Positions 56,540 to 64,000 of a stretch of DNA of 64,000 nt are shown here, piece after piece. The stretch is taken from NCBI GenBank assembly GCA_017626405.1, contig JAGAIS010000001.1:358885-422884 (forward strand), in the 5' to 3' direction. The DNA is from Bacilli bacterium. Its GTDB lineage: Bacteria; Bacillota_I; Bacilli_A; RF39; UBA660. Under the pieces are notes generated by a model. The model was given only the letters and a program-made list of their open reading frames with translations, did not search any database and was not told the origin of the DNA. Within the stretch, counting starts at the first letter, position 1; every line of letters starts with the position of its first letter. A program made the translations under genes and the position numbers.

Positions 56540-59500
56540 ATGAGAAAAAATAATAGATTATTTTCATCAATTTTATTTTTTGTAATCACTATCATATTTG
56601 CTATTCCGCTTAGTGTTAATGCTGCGGGTGAACATGGTTTGTCGACTAAGGCTGTAGTATGTGATTCGAGTATTTATAATAGTTCGGATTATGAAGAAAA
56701 TGCGGCTAATTGTTATGGTGATTATATAGAAGGTAATTTAAATACATATATTAAAGAAAATGGAACAGTTATTGATCCAGGAACTTTTGTCATGATTGTA
56801 GTTGAATATCATTTAGGCGCTGAAAGTGAAGTCACAGGTATTAATGCTACATTGCAATTTGATAATAATGTTTGGACTCCACTTACTGATTCTACAGGCG
56901 AGTTTTTAGGACTTGATAACGCTGAATCTTTTCCTCAAGGTACTAAATTAAAGAAAGCGCAATGGAACTCGTATGTTACATTAGATGATAGTACAGGTAA
57001 TATTATCGTATATGTTGATGAGGCTTCAACTTACAAATATACTTTAGATGATGATTATGAAATTGGTTATTTTTTCATGACAGTAAATTCTGATGTTCCT
57101 GCTGGTAATGTAGATATTACTTTTAAAAAAGATAATATAGGAGGAACAAAGGTTGTTGATGGTGATGGAAATAGACTTGATTATGTAACTGATGATATAT
57201 CATTTACTATTCCTGGCGAAGCAACAAGTCATGATGCATCTTTAGGTTCTCTATCTATTACTAATTCTGATACTGCATATATATTGGATCCTTCTTTTAC
57301 GGCTGGATCAGTTGAGAATAAAGTATATAATACGGTAGTTCCTTATGATATATCTCAAATAATGATTAATGCAACAACTAATGATGCGGGTGCTAACATA
57401 CTTCCTGCCGATTTAGGTAAGAAGACTTTGAGCCTTGGTATGAATACATTTACAATTACAATTACATCTGCATTTGGTAATGTTGAAACATATACGGTTA
57501 ATATATATAGATTGAGTAATGATGCTTCATTAAACTCTATCACTTTAACAAATGGAGTATCATTTGGAAATATGATAAGTGGACAATATACATATAGTAC
57601 AAGTGTTACTTATGCTACTAGTTCTACGAGTATTAGTGCAACACCTACACATACTAATGCATTTGTCGATAGTGGTGAAGGAACTTGGAATCTAACAAAT
57701 TTTGGAACACAAACAAATACTAAAACTGTTGTTGTTAAGGCTGAAAACTGTAAAAGTGAATATAGTTCGGTACCTGGAAATACTTGTACTGTTCAAAATT
57801 ATAATTTAACTATTAATCGTGATGCCCCTAGCACAAATGCTTATTTGAAAAATATTACTGTTGACACTCAGTCTTTAAATCAATTTTCTAATGGAAAGGT
57901 AACTTTTAATAAGACAATTTTAGAATATGATTTAGGGGAAGTTGCTTATGATAAGACAAGTGTTAATCTAAATGCTTTAGTAGATGATACTGGTAAATCT
58001 AAAGTTTCTGGATTGGGAAACAAAACATTGAATGTTGGAGAAAATACTTTCAATATTGATGTTGTTGCTGAAGATGGAAGTACGACTCTAACATATACAG
58101 TTAAGATATATAGATTGAGTAATGATTCGTTGCTTAAGAGTTTAAAAGTTGAAAGTGTACCACAAACTAGTGCTAGTATAGTTCCATCATTTAATTCTTC
58201 AGTTAATGAGTATAAATTTACTTACGATGAAACTGTTGGATCGTTTACATTAACTGCTGATGTAAATGATACTGATAAAGCTAAAATAGCTATTTATGAT
58301 ACAACTCCTAGTGAATATGTATTAAATTCTAATTCGGCTTCTTTTGGACTTGATACTACTAGTGTAGTTGTTAGCGTTCAAGCCGAAGATGGAACTATTA
58401 ATAACTATATAGTAAACTTTGAAAGACAAAAGAGTAGTGATACATCACTTCAAAGTCTATCTTTAGATAATGGAATACTAAAACCTGATTTTACAAGTGA
58501 TAATCGTCTATATTCAACTGTAGTAGAGCCTAATATTGATCATATTGAAGTCAATGCTGTACCTAACTCAGTATATGGAACTATTAAAGAAATAAAAGGA
58601 AATAATAACTTACAATTTGGTACAGGTAATCAAATTGAAGTTATTGTTGAAGCTGAGGATAAGAAAACTTCTTCATATGTAATTAATGTTGAGAGAAAAA
58701 AATATAATGATGCTACTTTGAGTGATATTAAGGTAAATGGTGTAAGCATTGAGGACTTTGATCCATCTACTAATAGTTATGTATTAGAAGCAGTACCTTT
58801 TGAGACAACTAGTATTAATATTGAGGGTATTAAAAATAATGAATATGCAACTGTAGACGGCAATGGTGATATTTCATTAAGTACTGGAGAAAATGTTATT
58901 ACAATAAAAGTAACTGCTCAAAATGGAGACGTAAATAATTATACTTTAAATATAAAAAGAGCAAAGAATAGTGATAATTCAATATCTAATTTACGTGTCA
59001 AAGGATATAATACTACATTAGTTGGACCTGATAATTCAATTATTGTTTATGAGGTAACTTTACCAAATGAAATATCAAGTATTGTTGCTTCTGATGTAAC
59101 ATTTGATTATCCTAGTGATGCTACAAATGTTTATAAGGATGAAAGTCTTGTATTATCAACTACTAATTCAAATGATTATAGCTTTACGGTTGTATCGGAG
59201 TCTGGATCTCCACAAATCTATTCGATTAAAATAAAAAGGGAAAAGTCTAGTGCAGCTGAAATTAGTAAAGTTGTATTATCTATAGGTGAAGATGATTCAA
59301 GATATTGTTTAATGGATAGCACTAATAAGTGTAAGATAGAAGTTCCTGTAGATACTTTGAATTTCTCACTTTACTCATTTATTTCAGATGAAGCTACAAT
59401 TAGCCCAGCTCAAGATACAGAATTTGAACTTCCTGCAAGTCAATCAGAAAAGGATGTAGTATTGATTGTTACTGCTGAAGATGGTACAAGTAATACTTAT

Positions 59501-62500
59501 ACGGTAACAGTAGCAAGACAAAAATCATCTAATAACGATGCAAGTGATATAACGATGCAAATAGGTGATGGTCCATCTTCGACAATTGATAATTTCAATA
59601 GTACTAAGTTAAACTATGATATTACTGTTAATGGAGATACATCGAGTGTTGTTATTGGCGCAGTAGTTGATGATCTAGGCAAAGCTAAAATTGCTATTAC
59701 TAATTCTACGAATGGTACTCCAGAAACAATCAATTATGTAACGGATTCTTCTAGTAAGACTATTGAATTAGAGTTTGATAGGAGAAATACTGTTGAAATA
59801 TTTATTAAAGCAGAAAATGGTCAAGTTAAGACTTATACTCTTTATATTACTCGCTTACATAGAAGTGATGCTACATTATCTAATTTAACTGTCAATGGAA
59901 TTACAGTTCCGGGATTTACTTCTGGCGAAGTAGCTCCTAAAACTTACACTTTAAGCAATGTTGATTATAATACTTCTAATTTAAATATTATGGCTATTCC
60001 AACTGATGAAAATGCAACTAAAACTGGAGATGGAATTCAATATTTAAATACTGGAGATAATAGTATATTAATTACAGTTACAGCACATGATGGAACTATT
60101 GGTATTTATACAATAGAAGTAAATCGTGCAAAGAATTCTGATAAGCGTATTAAAGATATAACTCTTGCTGGTGTTAGTGCAACTTATAATAGTTCTAGTG
60201 GACATTATGAAGTGACTGTTCCAAATAATATAGACATAGCTAATAGTACTAATTTAGTTGTTAATGTTTATGAAGGTAAAGAAAACTATGATGCATTAGC
60301 GAGTGTTACTTTTGATCCTAAAGATTTATTAACTACTGAATTAAATTCTATGGACATTAAAGTAACTGCTGAAGATAATAGTGTATCAACTTATGTATTG
60401 GATATTACGAGAACTAAATCTAATGTTGCTACATTGTCTAGTTTAACAGTTAGTAATGGTTCATTTAATCCATCTTTTAATAGCAACTTATTTGAGTACA
60501 CAGTAACTGTTCCGGTTGATTTAACTGAATTTGATGTTAGTGCAGTTACTACTGAAGGACATGCAATTATCAATTCAGGTACTGGTCACTATGAAATGAC
60601 AGAATCAAATATGGATATCAGTGTTTTGGTTACTAGTGAAGATTTATCTGTTACAGAAACTTATATATTACATGTTACTAGAACTAAATCATCAGTTAAT
60701 ACTTTAAATAGTATTACTGTAACTAGTGGAAGTGATGAGACTTTAATAAATTATTCTTTATCTCCTGAATTTTCTAGTAATGTAGTTAATTATACAGTTA
60801 ATGTTCCAGGTGATATTGAAGAAGTTGATATTTCTGCTATCAAAACTGATCCTTTAGCAACTATTGAATCCGGTTTAGGAAGTGTACCATTAAATGTAGG
60901 CGACAATACAGTTTTAATTAAAGTCAAATCTGAAAGTGGAGCTTATAATACATATACTATTAAGATTGTTAGAGCTAAGAAATTTAATAATTATTTATCT
61001 TCATTAGTTGTATCTAGTGGAAGTGGAGATACATATGTTGACTATAATATTCCTTTTGATAAGGATACTCTAGAATATGTGATACCTGAACTTACTAATA
61101 ATATTACAAGTTTAAAAATAGATGCTACAACTGAAGATGGCGATGCTACCATAACTGGTACTGGTTCAGTTAGTCTAGCTGTTGGGGATAATGATTTAAA
61201 TGTTATCGTAACAGCACAAGATGGAACTAAGAGAACTTATGTTATTAAAGTTAAAAGAGCAGCAAGTGATAATAATTTCTTGAAAAATCTATTTGTAAAT
61301 GGCTATACATTAAGTCCAAAATTCAATAAGAATACTTTAAATTATGAAGTAGAAGTACTTGCAACGAAAGCAACTTTCTCATCATCTGATGTAACTGCTA
61401 TACTTGAAGATTCTACTGCTTCAATTAGCTATGATGAAACTATGAACTTGAGTTTTGTTCCAAGCGATAATTTCTTTAAAATTACAGTAACAGCTCAAAA
61501 TGGTGACGAAAGAGTATATACGATTAATGTAAAGCGCAAAAAGAGCAGTGATGCTACACTTAAATTATTAAATCTAACTGGAGGTTCTTTAAATCCAGAG
61601 TTTAATAAGAGTAGAAATGAATATACATTGACTCTTCCTTATGGTGGAAAAGAATTTACTATTGAAGGTATTGCTAATGATGATAATGCTACTGTTTCTG
61701 GAAATGGTACTTACAATATTGATAGTATTATTACACCTTCAATAATAATCACAGTAACAGCCCAAGATGGAACATTTAATAGTTATAAATTTAATATTGT
61801 AGAAACTAAGAGTAATGATGATTCACTTGCAAGTTTAAGTGTTCAAGGTTATCCATTAGATAAAACATTCGTTACAACTACATTTAGTTATTCGATAGGA
61901 GATGTTCCTTTTGGAACTACAGGTTTAATAATAAATGCTAGTGCAACTAATCCTGAAGCTACTATTAAATATTATGTTGACAATGTATTACAAACTAATA
62001 ATATTGTTGCTTTACCTCAAACTCCGGGCGAGAAAGTTATAACTGTTAGAGTTACGGCTGCTGATGGAATTACTCAAAGTAAAGTATATAGTATTAAATA
62101 TAATTTAGTATATTCAGATAATACTTATCTAAAGACTTTAAGTCCTAGTGTTGGAACATTAGATTTCTTAAAGACAAAACAAACTTATACTTTAAATTTA
62201 GCTAATTCGGTTGATTCAGTAACATTTACTATTGAAACTGAGCATCCGGGAGCTAGTGTATCAGTTAATGATGGTGATAGGTCATTTACTACACCAGCAA
62301 AAACGGTAACGATTAATGATTTAGTAGTAGGAGATACTTTATTGAAAGTTGTTGTATATCCTGAAAATGGAAATGATAGTGAAGCTCGATTGTATCAAGT
62401 AGTTATTAATAGAGCTGAACCTGAAGCTAGTAGCGATAATTTCCTTTCATCTTTAAGTGTCGATGGTTATACATTGAGTCCTGAATTCAACGCAAGTACT

Positions 62501-63451
62501 AATGAATATAGTATTGGCAGCATACCTTATGCACTTGAAACATTAACAATTAATGCAACATTAAATGATGGTAAGGCTAATATAAAATATCTTGTTAATG
62601 GAGTTAACCAAGAAAATAATGTGGTAAATGTTCCAAGAGTTGAAGGAACGGGTGCTATAGTTGTTCAAGTAATAGCTGAAAATGGTAATGTCAATAATTA
62701 TAAGATTACATATAATAAGATACCTTCAAGCAATGCTTATCTATCTGAATTAATTGTAAGTGAAGGAAGTATAGAGTTTAATAAGGAAACATTCAACTAT
62801 GAAGTAAATGTTCCGAGAAATGTTAATTCCGTAGATATTACAGCTAGAGTAGAGGATGAAACATCAATTTTAAAAATGAATTCATATATTTATTCATCTC
62901 CTCATACTTTAACTATTTCTAACTTAAAACCTGGAAATACGGAAGTTATTATATTAGTTACTGCTGAAAATGGAACTACTTATACTTACGTAGTTACTTT
63001 GAAAAAGGAAGCAAATGTTAGTGAAGTTATTACATCAGTACAATACGGACATACGATAGTAAATGATTATATCGAGTCAGTTAAGTTACACGACACTGTA
63101 TTAAAATTAAAAAATGAATTGGATAATGAAAATCAATACTTAGAGATTTGGACAGCTGATGATCAACAAAAATTATCTGATGGTGATACTTTAGCTACTG
63201 GAATGATAGTTAAATTGATAATCGATGGAGAAGAGAAAGATCGTAAACTTATTGTAATTAAAGGTGATATAGTTGGCGATGGTGAAGTTGAACTATTCGA
63301 CGCCGTACAAATTGTTAACCATGTACTTGGTACTAAGATGTTGGAAGGCGCATATAAAGAAGCAGGATTGATAGTAAGTACAGATGATGTTGAACTATTC
63401 GATGCTGTACAAATTGTTAACCATGTACTTGGTACTAATTTGATGTATTAG
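56540..63451 (+). CDS. giant secreted protein (2303 aa): cohesin-like N-terminal module + 20 cadherin-like modules + pre-dockerin module + dockerin
   Basis: Signal peptide (..LSVNA). N-terminal module aa 35-224. Twenty repeat units counted by eye (nt 57230-63007). C-terminal dockerin. Confidence 0.9.
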   Translation: MRKNNRLFSSILFFVITIIFAIPLSVNAAGEHGLSTKAVVCDSSIYNSSDYEENAANCYGDYIEGNLNTYIKENGTVIDPGTFVMIVVEYHLGAESEVTGINATLQFDNNVWTPLTDSTGEFLGLDNAESFPQGTKLKKAQWNSYVTLDDSTGNIIVYVDEASTYKYTLDDDYEIGYFFMTVNSDVPAGNVDITFKKDNIGGTKVVDGDGNRLDYVTDDISFTIPGEATSHDASLGSLSITNSDTAYILDPSFTAGSVENKVYNTVVPYDISQIMINATTNDAGANILPADLGKKTLSLGMNTFTITITSAFGNVETYTVNIYRLSNDASLNSITLTNGVSFGNMISGQYTYSTSVTYATSSTSISATPTHTNAFVDSGEGTWNLTNFGTQTNTKTVVVKAENCKSEYSSVPGNTCTVQNYNLTINRDAPSTNAYLKNITVDTQSLNQFSNGKVTFNKTILEYDLGEVAYDKTSVNLNALVDDTGKSKVSGLGNKTLNVGENTFNIDVVAEDGSTTLTYTVKIYRLSNDSLLKSLKVESVPQTSASIVPSFNSSVNEYKFTYDETVGSFTLTADVNDTDKAKIAIYDTTPSEYVLNSNSASFGLDTTSVVVSVQAEDGTINNYIVNFERQKSSDTSLQSLSLDNGILKPDFTSDNRLYSTVVEPNIDHIEVNAVPNSVYGTIKEIKGNNNLQFGTGNQIEVIVEAEDKKTSSYVINVERKKYNDATLSDIKVNGVSIEDFDPSTNSYVLEAVPFETTSINIEGIKNNEYATVDGNGDISLSTGENVITIKVTAQNGDVNNYTLNIKRAKNSDNSISNLRVKGYNTTLVGPDNSIIVYEVTLPNEISSIVASDVTFDYPSDATNVYKDESLVLSTTNSNDYSFTVVSESGSPQIYSIKIKREKSSAAEISKVVLSIGEDDSRYCLMDSTNKCKIEVPVDTLNFSLYSFISDEATISPAQDTEFELPASQSEKDVVLIVTAEDGTSNTYTVTVARQKSSNNDASDITMQIGDGPSSTIDNFNSTKLNYDITVNGDTSSVVIGAVVDDLGKAKIAITNSTNGTPETINYVTDSSSKTIELEFDRRNTVEIFIKAENGQVKTYTLYITRLHRSDATLSNLTVNGITVPGFTSGEVAPKTYTLSNVDYNTSNLNIMAIPTDENATKTGDGIQYLNTGDNSILITVTAHDGTIGIYTIEVNRAKNSDKRIKDITLAGVSATYNSSSGHYEVTVPNNIDIANSTNLVVNVYEGKENYDALASVTFDPKDLLTTELNSMDIKVTAEDNSVSTYVLDITRTKSNVATLSSLTVSNGSFNPSFNSNLFEYTVTVPVDLTEFDVSAVTTEGHAIINSGTGHYEMTESNMDISVLVTSEDLSVTETYILHVTRTKSSVNTLNSITVTSGSDETLINYSLSPEFSSNVVNYTVNVPGDIEEVDISAIKTDPLATIESGLGSVPLNVGDNTVLIKVKSESGAYNTYTIKIVRAKKFNNYLSSLVVSSGSGDTYVDYNIPFDKDTLEYVIPELTNNITSLKIDATTEDGDATITGTGSVSLAVGDNDLNVIVTAQDGTKRTYVIKVKRAASDNNFLKNLFVNGYTLSPKFNKNTLNYEVEVLATKATFSSSDVTAILEDSTASISYDETMNLSFVPSDNFFKITVTAQNGDERVYTINVKRKKSSDATLKLLNLTGGSLNPEFNKSRNEYTLTLPYGGKEFTIEGIANDDNATVSGNGTYNIDSIITPSIIITVTAQDGTFNSYKFNIVETKSNDDSLASLSVQGYPLDKTFVTTTFSYSIGDVPFGTTGLIINASATNPEATIKYYVDNVLQTNNIVALPQTPGEKVITVRVTAADGITQSKVYSIKYNLVYSDNTYLKTLSPSVGTLDFLKTKQTYTLNLANSVDSVTFTIETEHPGASVSVNDGDRSFTTPAKTVTINDLVVGDTLLKVVVYPENGNDSEARLYQVVINRAEPEASSDNFLSSLSVDGYTLSPEFNASTNEYSIGSIPYALETLTINATLNDGKANIKYLVNGVNQENNVVNVPRVEGTGAIVVQVIAENGNVNNYKITYNKIPSSNAYLSELIVSEGSIEFNKETFNYEVNVPRNVNSVDITARVEDETSILKMNSYIYSSPHTLTISNLKPGNTEVIILVTAENGTTYTYVVTLKKEANVSEVITSVQYGHTIVNDYIESVKLHDTVLKLKNELDNENQYLEIWTADDQQKLSDGDTLATGMIVKLIIDGEEKDRKLIVIKGDIVGDGEVELFDAVQIVNHVLGTKMLEGAYKEAGLIVSTDDVELFDAVQIVNHVLGTNLMY
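57230..63007 (+). repeat. array of 20 cadherin-like beta-sandwich modules
   Basis: Same consensus as in the 4816-aa protein, for example LSNDASLNSITLTNG...; KSSDTSLQSLSLDNGILKPDFTSDNRLYSTVV...VEAEDKKTSSYVINVER. Confidence 0.75.
63263..63436 (+). other. dockerin module with duplicated helix segment
   Basis: GDIVGDGEVELFDAVQIVNHVLGT ... LIVSTDDVELFDAVQIVNHVLGT. The second Ca loop is degenerate. Confidence 0.65.
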
Positions 63452-63461
63452 GAGGAGTAAA

Positions 63462-64000
63462 ATGAAAAAGTTTAAAGCAAAATTTCAAAGTATATTATTA
63501 GTATTATTATTAATAATTAGTTGTTTTGGTGGAATTACTGATGTTTTTGCTACATCTACTGCCAAAGTTGAATTCGATGGAAACTCTTCAGTTTCCGTTG
63601 GATCCAATATAACTGTTAAATTAAAAGTTACATCAGTAACTTCTGATCAGGCAAGCTATAATGGTGTCGTAAGTTTGAGTGGTAACCTTTCTTTTGATTC
63701 GACATATTTAGAATATGTTTCAGCAACTCCAGCTACTAGTCCTTATGCTTTTAGTATTAATAAGAACAACAATTATAAAATCGCTGGAATGGATTTTTCA
63801 GGAAGTAATGGAATTAAATCATCGACAGTTGTTTTTACTTTTGTATTTAAGGCATTGAAGGCAGGAACAACTCAAGTTACATTAACTAATGCAAAGTTAA
63901 CAGATTCAACTTTCCAATATACAACTAGTGTAGTTCCTAAAAATATAACTATTGGTGGTTCTAATCCAACTACACCTACAACTCCAACAACTCCAACGAC
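63462..64000 (+). CDS. secreted cohesin-like protein with Pro/Thr linker, 5' part only (runs off the right edge)
   Basis: GGAGGAG SD, ATG at 63462, 10 nt after the previous stop. Own translation: MKKFKAKFQSILLVLLLIISCFGGITDVFATSTAKVEFDGNSSVSVGSNITVKLKVTSV...LSFDSTYLEYVSATP...VVFTFVFKALKAGTTQVTLTNAKLTD...GGSNPTTPTTPTTPT. Confidence 0.7.
   Translation, partial: MKKFKAKFQSILLVLLLIISCFGGITDVFATSTAKVEFDGNSSVSVGSNITVKLKVTSVTSDQASYNGVVSLSGNLSFDSTYLEYVSATPATSPYAFSINKNNNYKIAGMDFSGSNGIKSSTVVFTFVFKALKAGTTQVTLTNAKLTDSTFQYTTSVVPKNITIGGSNPTTPTTPTTPT

Noticed and set aside
1699-60573. Other short embedded ORFs from the track: 1699-1914, 2173-2568, 3187-3432, 5008-5202, 9621-9857, 15158-15349, 17017-17217, 22740-22934, 23234-23419, 23549-23767, 25214-25414, 27352-27690, 37219-37455, 39734-39916, 40508-40693, 40817-41191, 45505-45747, 47334-47600, 50277-50465, 55509-55748, 55992-56390, 57355-57543, 60391-60573.
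   Set aside because: All lie inside or antisense to longer ORFs that have recognisable family motifs or clear repeat architecture. They have low-complexity or hydrophobic nonsense composition and no SD.
41956-63451. Periodic repeats as a CRISPR array or satellite DNA.
   Set aside because: The periodicity is ~270-290 nt and exists at protein-motif level within continuous ORFs. There are no short identical direct repeats with unique spacers and no cas genes.
4053-64000. Interpretation as a genuine plant-cell-wall-degrading cellulosome.
   Set aside because: None of the dockerin- or cohesin-bearing proteins contains a cellulase, hemicellulase or CBM-like region that I can recognise. The only catalytic domain is a GH73-type peptidoglycan hydrolase.

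Overview
Strongly AT-rich chromosome segment of the low-GC Firmicutes type. Supporting signs are AGGAGG-type Shine-Dalgarno sites, a T-box leader, Cheo-type SOS boxes and ezrA/scpAB/SigF-G-like genes. No taxon can be assigned from sequence alone. From 1 to 36 kb it is mostly + strand housekeeping: DedA, polA, mutM, ezrA, cysteine desulfurase, T-box-controlled trpS, gltX, a sporulation-type sigma factor, a YdjI-like SPFH protein, ylmC, lspA, rluD, rhomboid, lexA, miaB, an acyltransferase, a hybrid histidine kinase and scpAB. tRNA-Leu(CAA) lies at 35.9 kb, followed by a few accessory-looking genes (SAP-like, AraC/GyrI-like, Ppx/GppA-like, MprF-type flippase domain). The most unusual content is a cohesin-dockerin system with no plant-cell-wall enzymes. 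At 4.05-7.57 kb a dockerin-bearing GH73-type peptidoglycan hydrolase sits next to a membrane-anchored cohesin-like protein. At 40.4-64 kb a co-oriented locus encodes three cohesin-like proteins and two giant dockerin-terminated proteins (4816 and 2303 aa). These giants contain about 58 diverged cadherin-like beta-sandwich modules, and the larger one starts with four tandem ALK/LTK-type glycine-rich modules. A second notable item is an unannotated 47-codon membrane ORF transcribed divergently from lexA, with an SOS box inside its promoter spacer; it is a candidate SOS cell-division inhibitor. I saw no CRISPR array, rRNA, transposase, integrase or prophage genes. All domain calls rest on motif recognition by eye and need HMM or structure confirmation.
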